A stretch of DNA of 64,000 bases. It comes from Rhynchopus sp. YZ270_cl-10 (Eukaryota). A program made the position numbers and the translations under genes. The notes under the pieces were generated by a model. That model saw nothing but the letters and a program-made list of their open reading frames with translations, was not told the origin of the DNA and ran no database searches. Position 1 is the stretch's first letter; the number at the start of each line of letters is the position of its first letter. The stretch lies in contig OZ037842.1 of NCBI GenBank assembly GCA_964035575.1, positions 1,612,001 to 1,676,000 on the forward strand, read 5' to 3'. This document shows, piece after piece, positions 1-11,845 of the stretch.

Positions 1-603
1 TTTGCTCCTACTATGGAAAAACTGATGTGACTGCCACTTCTGTTCGAACTCGAGACCCATCGGTCTCTGGAAGAGAAGAGAATACGATGCGTTGTTCTGT
101 GCACCTTTCCCCCCCAACAGTGCACCCTCACCCACCCCCTCTCCTCCCTCCTCTTTTCACAAAGTTGTTTTTTTCGTATCATCGCCTCACATTGCAAAAG
201 GGGGTATCACAACCCCCCTTCAGGCAAATGCGGGGGGAAGGTGGCTTGCTGGTGATTATTTATTTGTTTATTGTTTTGTCAAAAAAAATCCCACACCGCC
301 GTTAGGCCGCACATTAAAACATGCAGGAAAAGAGAGGAAAAAAAAGAGGACGTTTTTTTTTCTTCTTGCATCCGTTATGTAGATTCACATGAATCACTAC
401 TATTTTTTATTGAGACGTTTTTCACTTTTTGAAGTTCCTAGTTGCGTTCATTGTATTGCATCAGATGCAAACGAACATCATCTTATTCCAGAAGGCGCCA
501 CTGAGGGGGTTCATTCCTTAACCAAAGCACCCTCTCTCACCTCAATTTGTCACATCCATACGTTCTCACCTCTTCCTCAGATATTACACACACAAAAAAC
601 AGA

Positions 604-2385
604 ATGGCGTTCTCAGCATGGTTCGGCGTCAGCGTGGTAGGTGTCTTCACGACACTGAAGACATATTTGTGGTGTTTGCTGGTGACACTGTGGAGGATTT
701 TGCTTCATGAGATCGAGGTTGTGTGGGAATGTGTACGCCCAAAGCGGACGTTTGTTGTGCCGACTGAGAGTGGCAAGGTGCGTGGGTACAAACGTGGTAC
801 TGCATTGGTGTGCAGAGGTATCCCGTACGCGGACTCCGTGGAAGGTGCTTACCGGTGGAAGGCACCACGCCCTCCACAGCCTTGGAAAGATGTGCGCGAC
901 TGCAAGAACTTCTCGCCGTGCTTCCCACAGGACCAGACCGGCATGGTGACGTCGTCCTTCTCACTCACGCGCTGTGTGCTCATGGGCATTGCAAAGGGCT
1001 TCCTCCGCATCACCGGCCTCGTACGCAACCACAAAGGCTCCGAAAAAGATGCCCTCACAATCAACGTCTGCTCCCCCTTCAACCACGTCCAGATGACCAA
1101 CAGCGTCAACCCTCCCGCACAGCTTCCCGTTCTCGTTTTTGTACACGGAGGTGGTTTTTACCTAGGCTCTGGTGGGGCGCCCTTCTACAAAGGCAATGAA
1201 ATGACCGAAAAAAACTGTGTTCTAGTAACAATGAACTACCGTCTCGGTGTGGTCGGGTTTTTGAATGTTCCTGGATGTGACACAAACCGGGGGCATCTTG
1301 ATCAGCTCTGTGCTCTGCAGTGGGTGCATGATAACATTGCAAACTTTGGTGGTGACAAGAACAATGTCACTATTTTCGGTGAGTCCGCAGGCGGCATGTC
1401 GTGCGCAAACCTGATGGGGTCACCCCTGCGGAAGACACCCGAAGGGAAGCAGCTCTTTAGGAAGGTCATCTGCATGAGCGGTGCTGCACACAACGTGCAT
1501 TCCCTGCAACGCTCTGAGGAGATCTTCGAAGAGGTCCTGGGCAACCTTCCCAAGGGGAGCACCCGCGAGAGCCTGGACACTGTGCCCTACTCTGTCCTCC
1601 ACTCTGCCATGATGAAGTTCATTTGGAAGCACCGTCGTGCATATGACACCAACCGCGCTGCCGACGTCATCGGCCTGGGCCCGCACATTGACAACCTGGT
1701 GCTTCCCAAACACCCACTGCAGGCGGTGAAGGACGGCGATGCGAATGATCTGATGCTTCTCGCCGGCACCACCAAGCATGAGTACACTCTGTTCACCTCC
1801 TTTCTCCAGCCGCACCGTCCTTTAACTTCGATGCTTCCCGATCGCTTGGAGTCGTGGATGAGCAACACTGCGACATACAACTGTGCACACGACATCTCCG
1901 AAACGAAGCAGCGCCTCCTTGCTGCGTACCTCACATCCGACTATTCGAAGACCTTCCCCGGGTTCACTTACCACAAGGAATACAACGCGGCGGTGACCGA
2001 TTGGGAGTTCAGAATTCCCTGCGAACGTCTTGCCCACGTACACAACACAGCAGGGGGGCACGCCAGGGTGTACCTCTACCAGCCAACTCTGAACGAAACC
2101 TACGGATGCTGTCATGGTTCAGAGCTGATGCCGCTCTTCGGTACACACAAATTCCTTCCCTTCATCTTTGACGAGAATGCAGGTGACACCTGTGGTGAGA
2201 TCTTCCGTGATGTAGTAGCGGAATTCTCCAAAGGTGACCTCTGCACAAACTCCTGGCCAAAGTTTGACAGCACAAACCGCAACGTCATGGAGCTAGGGGC
2301 GAACAAATCGCTCCTCTCCAACCCCGACAGTGATATTATCAACAGATGGGGCGACCTTGCTCGGTTTGATAAACGCATTTTGTGA
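604..2385 (+). CDS. Type-B carboxylesterase/lipase (alpha/beta hydrolase) with N-terminal hydrophobic segment
   Basis: Motifs GIPYA, LPVLVFVHGGGF, NYRLG, FGGDKNNVTIFGESAG (catalytic Ser), TTKHEY (Glu) and CHGSEL (His). First ATG at 604. Single exon. Confidence 0.93.
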   Translation: MAFSAWFGVSVVGVFTTLKTYLWCLLVTLWRILLHEIEVVWECVRPKRTFVVPTESGKVRGYKRGTALVCRGIPYADSVEGAYRWKAPRPPQPWKDVRDCKNFSPCFPQDQTGMVTSSFSLTRCVLMGIAKGFLRITGLVRNHKGSEKDALTINVCSPFNHVQMTNSVNPPAQLPVLVFVHGGGFYLGSGGAPFYKGNEMTEKNCVLVTMNYRLGVVGFLNVPGCDTNRGHLDQLCALQWVHDNIANFGGDKNNVTIFGESAGGMSCANLMGSPLRKTPEGKQLFRKVICMSGAAHNVHSLQRSEEIFEEVLGNLPKGSTRESLDTVPYSVLHSAMMKFIWKHRRAYDTNRAADVIGLGPHIDNLVLPKHPLQAVKDGDANDLMLLAGTTKHEYTLFTSFLQPHRPLTSMLPDRLESWMSNTATYNCAHDISETKQRLLAAYLTSDYSKTFPGFTYHKEYNAAVTDWEFRIPCERLAHVHNTAGGHARVYLYQPTLNETYGCCHGSELMPLFGTHKFLPFIFDENAGDTCGEIFRDVVAEFSKGDLCTNSWPKFDSTNRNVMELGANKSLLSNPDSDIINRWGDLARFDKRIL

Positions 2386-3686
2386 TATTTTCTGTGGGTC
2401 AGTAGGAGGTGCCATTACAACTACCATTTTCTTTAAAAAAATGTGCAGAATGCCGATCTTTTGTAAGGTAGTTGAGTTGCAGTTTAGCTTCATCTTACAT
2501 TTTTTTAGGTATTTTGTGTTTTTTTTGCATCTATTGAGGTGTATTAATACGAAGTCTTCAACGACTGCCTTCTTGAGCACAAAACGAAAGGAGAGAGAGA
2601 GAGAGCAATTCGTAGATGGAGGGGGGGTGGGAGAGGGGGAGGGTATTTTTGTGTACTGTGTGTTTCATAATGTGCGTATTTTTTTTTTTTTCTTCTTCTG
2701 TTCTTCGATTTTCGACATTAACACTTTCTTTTTGTTTTACTTTTTCTCCCTCACTTCATTTTGATGCAAATGGGCATCATCCCAAAAATAAACGTCTCTG
2801 CAACGAAAGAGACAAATGATAAATCGGCCCCCCCCGAACATTAAGCCTCCTATGTATTGGTGCTCCACAAAAACCTTTCACCAGAATCTGTCAGAGACCT
2901 GTCGGTTTTTTTGTTAAGAGGGGGGGGTGTCAAAGATAGCAATTTTGGCTTCTTTCTTTCTTTTCTTCTTCTTTTTTTTGCTGGACGAGGTTTTTTATAT
3001 CAAGGTGACGAAGCAATCTAATCAGACTAAACACGAGAAGCATTAGAGTCATCTTATAAACCTTTTTTTTTCTCTTATGTGTCGCTCATAGAGCCCATTC
3101 GATTCAAGAGCATTCTTGAGTTTTCCTCGTTCCGCACAACAACCAAATATCCCATTTTTTTCCCAGAAAATTTTGTAAGCGTGACTAAGCACTCAGAGCT
3201 TAGATTAATATTACATTTTTTTTTTTTTGTGCCAAAAAAAAACAAGTAATTGCTATCGGAAAAAAAACGGGGTGTGATGTGGAACTCCATCCTGTAGAAA
3301 TAATCTACAACACGCCCAGCATTCTGCTCTTCTGCAGGTATGCTAACGCTCTTCGTAAGCTGCCAGACCCACTGGGACGCCAGCATCTGAAACGTTCAAG
3401 AAGGGGCTGTCCTCTTCATCCAGCACCATCTGCTCGATAGCGTTGTTGGACGTAGGCTCGGCAGGCTCGGCGTGTTCCAGCTCGTTTTTGTCCACAGGCT
3501 CCCCACATTGTCGTCGTCGTTGGAGCAGTGCGGAAGGAACACAGAATGCACAGACTACAACACATCGATCACACCAGGCACATCAGCACCTCCAGCAAAT
3601 CGCCAGGATGCTACGGTGGTTTCGAAAATCGCGCGGAGTTTCCCACAGCACACCCGTTTTTCCTTGGCAATTACTTGTCCTTGTTG

Positions 3687-4301
3687 TTTTCAACCACCTT
3701 CCTTCAACCCTTGTAGGGATCAGTTGTAATTTTTTTCGCGAAAACATGAAATTATACATTTCAAGAGAACAAATTAAAAAGGGTCCTTATTTGCATTTTT
3801 GGGCTCCGCCCGTGCAGTGATGGGGTCAATCTCGAAAATTGGACAATTTTTTGACTACTTAAATTTTGAGAAATATGAGCCCGGTTGCTTATACGTGGGG
3901 CCCATTTTTGGCCAAAATTTTCCTCAAAATCTGGTTTTGTAAAATTGACCCTTTCCCCCCCCCCACATCGATTTCAATACTATACCTTACTTCACCTACG
4001 GTTGCCCTTACAGGGGGGGGTGAAGGAAGGTAAGTTGAAAAGGGTCCTTATTTGCATTTTTGGGCTCCGCCCGTGCAGTGGTGGGGTCAATCTCGAAAAT
4101 TGGACAATTTTTTGACTACTTAAATTTTGAGAAATATGAGCCCGGTTGCTTATACGTGGGGCCCATTTTTGGCCAAAATTTTCCTCAAAATCTGGTTTTG
4201 TAAAATTGACCCTTTCCCCCCCCCACATCGATTTCAATACTATACCTTACTTCACCTACGGTTGCCCTTACAGGGGGGGGTGAAGGAAGGTAAGTTGAAA
4301 A
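3687..4301. mobile_element. Putative MITE-like element whose right part is tandemly duplicated (261-bp unit)
   Basis: The left end TTTTCAACCACCTTCCTTCAACCCTTGTAGGG is an imperfect reverse complement of CCCTTACAGGGGGGGGTGAAGGAAGGTAAGTTGAAAA, which ends both repeat copies (~4041 and 4301). No clear TSD. Confidence 0.5.
3780..4301. repeat. Near-identical tandem duplication, 2 x ~261 bp
   Basis: GGGTCCTTATTTGCATTTTTGGGCTCCGCCCGTGCAGTG starts at both 3781 and 4042. The copies differ by very few bases. Confidence 0.95.
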
Positions 4302-5059
4302 TTTCTCTCCTTTAGATGCATACGTCCATTCATCGTTCTGTTTCTCTTTCTTTCCTACAAAAATAAAAAAAACGTTTTTTTAAAGTCTGTTGTGTGTCCC
4401 GTGGACCCTTCAACTTTCCTGATGCCTTGTGATATTTAACCAGTTTTTTTTTTTTTTTTGTTTGTGTGTGTATATCGTGCATCTCCTTGTTTTGTACTAT
4501 ATTTCGTTACGTTTTGATTGCCCTTTTTTCCCCCCCAGCGTTTTGTGCATTTCTCCAGAGAGGTTTTTTTTTTTGGTTGGGCACGAAACTACCCATGGAA
4601 TTCATTGTTTAGAATCCGTCGGATTCAGAGAAAGAAAGAGGAAAAGTATAGTGGAGTTCATCCTCGGGTGTCTACACTAATACAACCAAGTTTTCAGAAA
4701 AAAAAAGAGTGATTGTTTCGAAGACGACTTTACCTAGGATCCCAGCGACATCCGACGGCTTATAAACAATTGAGACTTTTCTTACTAAGAAGGGCGGGTA
4801 CACAAAACTTTCAAAAAAAAAAACCAAAAAAGGGGGGCATTTCGCACAATGCAGTCCTTACCCTTAGCTCTCCCTCTCCCTCTCTCTCTTTCTTCCTCCC
4901 TCTTCCTCCCTTGTTTGTTCCATAAAAAAACTAAAATCAGTGGAATGTTCCTTAGACGTTAGCAACCCTGTGTGTCTCTTCGGCAGCATTACCTTGCCCT
5001 TGGGGGATCTCCTGTTGTGTTTCTTGTTTGTTATGTGTGTGGCATGAGCGGCACGTCAT

Positions 5060-5092
<33 letters not shown>

Positions 5093-6083
5093 GTTTGTTC
5101 TTGATTTTTTTATTTGTGCGGGCTATGGATGTGGTGGTCCAGTAGTGCCGTTTTGTACTTCACAACAACGAAAAATATTTTTCCCCCTTTTTTTTTTGCT
5201 TTTTTGCTTGTAACTAGCCCTGGCGGCTCGTGTTGTTCTGTGTGGGTTAGTCGGGTCTTGCGATCCGTCTGGGGTCTCTTTTACTCAGCATCAGGGTACG
5301 GGTTGACACATTATGTGAACACTTCCCCTATCCCTGGCTGCTTAAGGGTGCACAGACAGCACACCTTTCCCCAGGGCGTGGCCGATCCCTTTGCTGTAAG
5401 CGTGGGGACTCTGGCATGACTTCCAGACCTGACATCCCCATATATCAGGTCTTCACGCTTTCTGTTATCCTCCCGTTTCTTTCTTTTATAGGTGACAAGG
5501 ATTATCAGAGATTTCTTTTAGTTTAGATGTGCACGAGAGGCACATTGATCACATTTTTTTCCTTCTTCTTTACGCACACTACTTTGTGAGCGGAAAGTGT
5601 CACTTTGTTCACTCACCCAACGCAGCACCGCCCAATAGGTGTGTGGAAGCGTCAACGCATCAAACAACCACAAGAAGGGGGTGAGGGAACACTTTTCTGG
5701 GGCCTGTTTTGCCTATTAGCCGCTTCTGCATTGCGTTCTTTTATTCTTTTATTCTTTTTTTGGTCTGAAGCGAACCGAAACAGTGTCCTGCTCACAGAAA
5801 GAAAAAATAACAACAAAAATAAAAGGGTGAAAGTCAAATGTATACACATATACACAGGGTTATAGTCAGATCTATACACTCATTGTATGTACAATTGTCA
5901 ATTGTACATACAATTGTATAGAAATTGTATAGATCTGACTATTTGATGTACAATCCCAACTTTTTTTATAGTCAGATCTATACAATTTATGTACAATCCC
6001 AGTATACACTAGGTCGTACACAAATTGTATAGATTTGACTATACAAAAGTCAGATCTATACAATTTTTGGATTGTACACGCCA

Positions 6084-6150
6084 TACCCAGGTACCCAGGT
6101 ACCCAGGTACCCAGGTACCCAGGTACCCAGGTACCCAGGTACCCAGGTAC
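6084..6150 (+). repeat. Tandem 8-mer array (TACCCAGG) x ~8 inside the MULE
   Basis: Directly visible. Produces the spurious RYPGTQVP-repeat ORFs. Confidence 0.95.
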
Positions 6151-6554
6151 ACGGTACACTGGATACAAGGATAAAAGTCGTGAAAGAGCAACCACAGCCA
6201 ACCCGCCAGTCACTGAAAAGTGACCAGACAGTCCACTTGACAAACACAAAAGTGTCCGTCGCGTGGGGCATTCATGCACTGAGGAGATAATGATCCAACA
6301 ATTCACAAGAAAACATTACTTAACCTACTGCTGGAAATTGCCAGGTCGTAGTAACACACAAAGTGTGCCTCCGTTCGGGAATATCGGAGTTATAGAGTCC
6401 TAAAAGGCCTCTGCCGCTAGTCAAGGTATAACCGAATGAACGGCCCAAGACCCCCGTGGAGAAGTTAAATGTTGTAATGATTTCAAGTAAAATGCGAGCA
6501 CTGTCTTACCCTCCTCAATGCATGGTGGAAGATGTCTTTCACAACAAATATCCT

Positions 6555-7386
6555 GTACCCAGGTACCCAAATTCCCAAACCCACGCAGTGGCACATGACC
6601 GCAAGTGTGAGTGACCCACACATGAGGGAATGCGACACTACGCAAAATTTACCACCAGACCCTGTCTTTCGTGCACCTGAAGTACAACGCCGCAGACAGG
6701 CCAAACATGCGTTGGACTCAGAGGAATGCCCGCTGTGCAGGTATCAAACATGAGAACCAACTCCCAGCAACAAGGCGCCTTTTGGCGGGCGTTGTTGAGG
6801 GTGTTTGGGGTGCAAAGTTTTCCACAATTTTGATGCGCGGGTACAGAAGTGTTATCTTGTTCTTTCATCTCTAGGAATGTAAATGTCAATCGCGTTTAAC
6901 TACCACGAGGGCTTGTTCAGTGAACCCACGAGGGGTCGCAGGGGGTTGGTTATCCCATATCTATCAAAGGTTGTGTCGACCAGGCTAAACCACTATGTTA
7001 CGCTGTACGTTGTTAAATCCGAAGAAATAACACTTTAGCAGCCGCAGGAAGTTTGCTAAAAAGAGTGCCTCACGCTACACAAACCACCACCCGCGATTGA
7101 CTTAGATGTTATAACAAAGAGAATTCAGAACAAAACAACACCCTGCCCCATACACACTAAATTGTCATGCTTTAAGAGCATGCCTGGGCCAAAATTACTA
7201 TGACGAAAAGGCAACAAGACCACCCACAAGGAGTGTGAAATGTGCACTGGTTTTCTGGGGGAACGCAATATTTTCTTGTGTCTAGTCCTCCGCAAGCAGA
7301 GGACAGACTTTCCGGAAGGTTTCCAAAGTCGAATTTCTTGCACTAGCTATGCTCCCTGGGTTAAATGGCAATAGCAGTGACTGACT
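6555..7386 (-). ncRNA. Candidate large structured RNA core, copy 1 (cargo of the MULE-like element)
   Basis: Homologous to 19565-20293 (same orientation) and 17397-18365 (inverted). Long-range complementary arms 6849-6863/7127-7141 and 6885-6894/7092-7101. No conserved ORF. Strand inferred from G-U bias. Confidence 0.55.
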
Positions 7387-9041
7387 TCTGAGAAAAATCG
7401 GGTGTGCGAAACCCAATTTCCATTTTTTGTGTATAGTCCTGTAGGGGTGGGTGTGTGTGTGGGTAGGTGGGTAGGTGGGTGGGTGTACTCTAAACTGTTT
7501 TCCACTATGGGTAGGGATTTGTGTACGACCTAGTGTATACTGGGATTGTACATAAATTGTATAGATCTGACTATAAAAAAAGTTGGGATTGTACATCAAA
7601 TAGTCAGATCTATACAATTTCTATACAATTGTATGTACAATTGACAATTGTATATACAATGAGTGTATAGATCTGACTATAACCCTGTGTATATGTGTAT
7701 ACATTTGACTTTCACCCAAAATAAAATACCCACGTAAAAAAAATAAGTACCACGCCAATTCACGCACCCAGAGCACCCTTTGTACATCAATGAGGGCACT
7801 CTGAATTAATACTGATTTTTTGCACATTTTATGTTTTCACTTATCACCTGTATTTTTTCTTGTTTAACACGCAAATTTAAATCGCCTATTCAAGTTTTCG
7901 CAGTAGTTATTTTGCAATATTTCACTTATTAATTTTCGATGCTCGTGAGCTCAGTTTGCCTCGCTGCGGAAAATTAACCACACTCGCATCGAAAATTAAT
8001 GCATTAAATTATCGCAAAATATAACTTCTGTATAAAAAGTCGAATCAATAGATATTAAAGTGCGTGGACGAGAGTCACATTCATTTTTCAAGTTTTTTTT
8101 TTATATTTCCGTGCATTTTATTTTCCACAAACTGCACATTTTTTCGGTACACACGCTCATAGAAGCGTTTGCACCAAAACCACTTTTTTTTAGATGTGTG
8201 CACGAGAGTCACATTCATTTTTTTCAAGTTTACCTTCTTTTTTATCCATTGTCAGCGCCAATCAACATCACTTTTTTTTTCCCCCACTTTTTTAAAGTTT
8301 TTCTACACGGAATGCATAACATCTTATCAGACGATGGTTTTGACCTGTTTTTGCTTAACCCCCTCCTCGAAATAGATGTAGGACTGCGTAGTTTGGGTCC
8401 ACCCGGTGCACCGGTCATATACCAAGGTACACTGGCATGAGAGGGCTTTTGTATTTCAAGTAAACTTTGTTTGCCGTCGGGTGTCGGGTCTGCTCGTCTC
8501 CCATGCGATATCTGCGTAAGGTGCCCCCGCCAGCGTTCGCCTTCTCGCAGGGGTCAGAGGCATTTTTTTTTTTTTTGGCGATTTTTTTTTTTGAGGTGGT
8601 ATTTCAAGTCAACCCTTCAAGAAAGAGGACCGATGTTCTTTTTTATGGAATTTTTTTTAAAAATTGGGTTGTATGCATTCTGTGTCCATATTAATTTTGT
8701 GTGTTTCCAAAGAGTTTGTCTATGCGTCTGTTAGAGGTGCTGTTCACGTATCATGACGTGGTCATTCCCTTGGTTTTGAGTGTTACACGTTTCAATCACT
8801 GCATGAGTTTCTTGCCCATTACCTTTGTCACCATGAGAGCACACCACCACCACCACACACCAACCAACGCAACACTCATCTTCACGAACAACTATTTCTC
8901 GTTGTTCCACACCCACCCTTCTTGTTGCAGCTCTCAGCTTTGCCGATCTTTTAAAAAAAAAGCTTCCTCTTCCCTGCAATTTTACAAACACTCTCTCCGG
9001 AACCCCAAAGCATTTATTAACAGATTTTGTTCTACACAAAA

Positions 9042-10070
9042 ATGCCGCTCCCAGTATCACCAATGCGGGCAACGTCACCTACACGACGTGCTTGGGGTGG
9101 GTGTGAAGGTGGACGGGATAGAGTTGCTGTGGGCGATCCAAATTATTGCACTGAAGACCGCCGAAGCGAGGCGAGGGCGGGGCGTGCTAATGTCGCACGC
9201 AATACGGGGTCTCTTGTTTCAGGCCTGAGTTGGTCTGGATCTGCCAAAGCAAACGACAGCAAACGCGTCCGCAGCTGCGGCGCGAATATCCGACAGACAT
9301 TCAACCACAGCAGCCTGCACCCCGCGAGAGGTGGTGTCTGCACTGACGTTACCGACAAACGTACCGGACGACGCCCTTCTCCTGAAAAACACCGCAACAA
9401 CAGCAGCATCCGCCAGACCAAACCTGTTGTGGGTCTGCATCAACAGCGTTGGAACTCTTCAATCCGAGCCTCAGGATGCAACGTTGAAGAAGCACCGCTA
9501 CCTCGGGTCCGGGGGAAGTTGAGGACAAATTCTCCGCAAAAAACGTCTGCGATTGGTGTGAGCAACCATACATTGACACATGACGCAGAGTCGGTAAGGG
9601 TGCGGCGGCGTGGGAATGGGGCAGGGGGGATTGGGAGCTTGGAGGTGCAGACTGCGGGGCTGACGTCATCTGCTTTGTGTCCGCAGCCGGAGTACGATGA
9701 GTCACCCCCAAGAGCACGCAAGAACAAGAGTGCGTCGCCTTCAAAGTACCCAACGCAGGTAGGGGTAGCCATGCACGCTCCACCCCAGCAAGCGTCCACG
9801 AAGCACAAACAGCAATGGGTCGCAGACATGCTCCAAAACCGTGCCCACCTCCTCGCCCCCGCAGGCGCAGCCTCCATCCACAACCCCGGCCACGGTGCCA
9901 GAAGACCCCTCGACGGTTCAGAGGCACAAAGGCAAGGCACACCGCGCTTCATCAGTACCTGGGAGAAGCCGGTCCCCCCGCAGTCCCCAGTGCGAAGGAT
10001 TTCGATTACAGGGTCGCCAAAAAGGGGTTATAACAGTCATTCTACATCCAGGTTGCTTGCGTGGGGGTGA
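9042..10070 (+). CDS. Hypothetical basic, probably disordered protein (~342 aa)
   Basis: Long ORF with codon usage like neighbouring genes. ATG at 9042 follows a CAG acceptor-like site. No recognisable domain. Confidence 0.7.
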   Translation: MPLPVSPMRATSPTRRAWGGCEGGRDRVAVGDPNYCTEDRRSEARAGRANVARNTGSLVSGLSWSGSAKANDSKRVRSCGANIRQTFNHSSLHPARGGVCTDVTDKRTGRRPSPEKHRNNSSIRQTKPVVGLHQQRWNSSIRASGCNVEEAPLPRVRGKLRTNSPQKTSAIGVSNHTLTHDAESVRVRRRGNGAGGIGSLEVQTAGLTSSALCPQPEYDESPPRARKNKSASPSKYPTQVGVAMHAPPQQASTKHKQQWVADMLQNRAHLLAPAGAASIHNPGHGARRPLDGSEAQRQGTPRFISTWEKPVPPQSPVRRISITGSPKRGYNSHSTSRLLAWG

Positions 10071-10258
10071 TGCTAGCTGAGGGAGGGTGTTTTTTTTTGT
10101 AAAAATTGGGTTATTTGGGTAATATTTCACTGTAATGTATTAGATGAAAAAAGAGTAGTTTCTTTGGTTTGTGTATAAAAAAATTGAGGGTAAAAAAATA
10201 AATAAGTTTACACCATCCAGATTCACACAAAAAAACAAACAAAAGGGAAGCCGCCAAT

Positions 10259-11845
10259 ATGTCTGACATTGCAACAGTGAACGGCGACATGAATGTGATC
10301 TGGATGCTGGTCTGCGGAGTGATTGTGTTTCTGATGCAGCTTGGTTTCTGCTTCCTCGAGGCAGGTGCCATCCGTGCGACAAACGTGAGCAGCATTATGT
10401 ACAAGAACTTTGCGGACTGCTGCATTGGGGCCATCATGTGGTGGTTCTGTGGGTACTCCTTTGCCTTTGCGGGGAACAATGAGTTCATTGGTGGAGACGA
10501 CCGTCATATGTGGGCACTCTCCCCAAACCCGTCGGATGAGCTGTACGCCAACCTGGGACACTTCTTCCTGTCCTTCACATACATGACAACGGCAGCTACG
10601 ATTGTGAGTGGTGCTGTTGCGGAACGTGTGAACCTCGTCGGGTACGCCATGCTCGTGCTGTTCATCAGTGGGTTCACCTACCCAGTGGCCGTGCACTGGA
10701 TCTGGAGCGGCTACGGATGGCTCTCCCCCTTCTCCGACAACAAGATCAGCGCCAACGGTGTGCTTGACTTCGCTGGCAGTGTTGTGCTCCACGAGTTCGG
10801 TGGCTGCTGTGCGATTGTGTTCGCCTTCCTGCTTGGACCACGCAAGCTGCGTGACGGCATCGACGTCTTCTCTGAGGAGGGCCAGAAGATCGTTGCGCCA
10901 CACAACCGTCTCCTCCAGGCCGCAGGTACCCTGATTCTGTGGTTCTCGTGGTTTGCCTTCAACGGCGGGTCTGTGGCCGCCATTGCCGAGGGTGGATCGC
11001 TTGTTGCCGCAAACGCGATTGTGAACACACTTCTCTCTGCTGCGTCGTCGACAATTATGTGCATGATCTTCACACGCTTTGTGTACGGGTACTTCGATGT
11101 GGGCCACTGCTGCAACGCTGCACTGACCGGACTGGTTGGGATCACAGCAGGATGTGCATACATGGCGCCACTGTACGCACTGTGCACAGGGGTTGTGTCG
11201 TTCTGGTTCTACTACGGCTTCTACAAGCTGCGTGTGATGCTGCGCATCGACGACGTGGTGGACGCAGGCGCCGTGCACTACGCAGGTGGTGTCTGGGGTG
11301 GCATTGCTGCAGGCCTCTGGGCTGACCAGGCACGTATCCGTGCGGGCACAGGCAACCCGGACGCTGGTGCTGAGTACGGACTCTTCCTTGGTGGAGGTGG
11401 CAAGCAGTTGGGTATGCAGCTTCTCGGGATTGTGATGATCACTGTGTGGTGCGCTGTGACGACGACGATGGCATACTTCTTCATCAACGCCACTGTGGGT
11501 GCACGCATGAGCGAGCAGGTTGAGCTGGAGGGCATTGACCACCACGAGCACGGAGGTGTTGCCTTTGACTACCTTGAGCATGTTAGCAAGAGCCACCGTG
11601 CCGGCGAGGTCATCGACGAGACACACAACGTGGTTGTGAAGCTGCAGACGTTCTTCGAGAATGTGTCGAACGACGGCATGAAGGACGCTGCAGGCGAGGT
11701 TCGCGATGCCATGGCCTCCTTGGAGAAGGCACTTGCCGCTGCTGCCGCACCCAGCCAAGGTTCAATCAGCGGCTGTGGCTCTGACACGGTCATCAAAGTG
11801 GGTGCAACCGAGCCAGCCAACGAGGAAAGCAAGTCCAGCGACTGA
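10259..11845 (+). CDS. AMT: Ammonium transporter (Amt/Mep family)
   Basis: MQLGFCFLEAG, TAATIVSGAVAER, DFAGSVVLH (first conserved His), WFSWFAFNGGS, IDDVVDAGAVH (second His), ~11 hydrophobic helices and EGIDHHEHG C-terminal motif. Confidence 0.97.
   Translation: MSDIATVNGDMNVIWMLVCGVIVFLMQLGFCFLEAGAIRATNVSSIMYKNFADCCIGAIMWWFCGYSFAFAGNNEFIGGDDRHMWALSPNPSDELYANLGHFFLSFTYMTTAATIVSGAVAERVNLVGYAMLVLFISGFTYPVAVHWIWSGYGWLSPFSDNKISANGVLDFAGSVVLHEFGGCCAIVFAFLLGPRKLRDGIDVFSEEGQKIVAPHNRLLQAAGTLILWFSWFAFNGGSVAAIAEGGSLVAANAIVNTLLSAASSTIMCMIFTRFVYGYFDVGHCCNAALTGLVGITAGCAYMAPLYALCTGVVSFWFYYGFYKLRVMLRIDDVVDAGAVHYAGGVWGGIAAGLWADQARIRAGTGNPDAGAEYGLFLGGGGKQLGMQLLGIVMITVWCAVTTTMAYFFINATVGARMSEQVELEGIDHHEHGGVAFDYLEHVSKSHRAGEVIDETHNVVVKLQTFFENVSNDGMKDAAGEVRDAMASLEKALAAAAAPSQGSISGCGSDTVIKVGATEPANEESKSSD

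Larger units (their letters stand above)
5825..7717. mobile_element. Non-autonomous Mutator-like (MULE) DNA transposon
   Basis: ~200-bp nearly perfect TIRs: 5825-~6025 (GGGTGAAAGTCAAATGTATACAC...) and ~7518-7717 (...GTATACATTTGACTTTCACCC). 9-bp TSD AAAATAAAA at 5816-5824 and 7718-7726. No transposase ORF. Confidence 0.88.

Noticed and set aside
3320..3610. Coding-like GC-rich segment on the minus strand
   Set aside because: Interrupted by stops and no recognisable domain. It may be a gene relic, but this is not supportable.
5216..5460. Possible 3' end of a retroelement on the minus strand next to T-runs
   Set aside because: No convincing RT or zinc-knuckle motif and no TSD identified.
6555..7386. 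Core as telomerase RNA, group I or II intron, or rRNA fragment
   Set aside because: No CCCTAACCC template, no group II domain V, no group I P/Q/R/S motifs and no recognisable rRNA sequence by eye.
5825..7717. Transposase or Fanzor ORF within the TIR elements
   Set aside because: Only short ORFs without DDE, RuvC or Zn-ribbon motifs are present in any of the elements.
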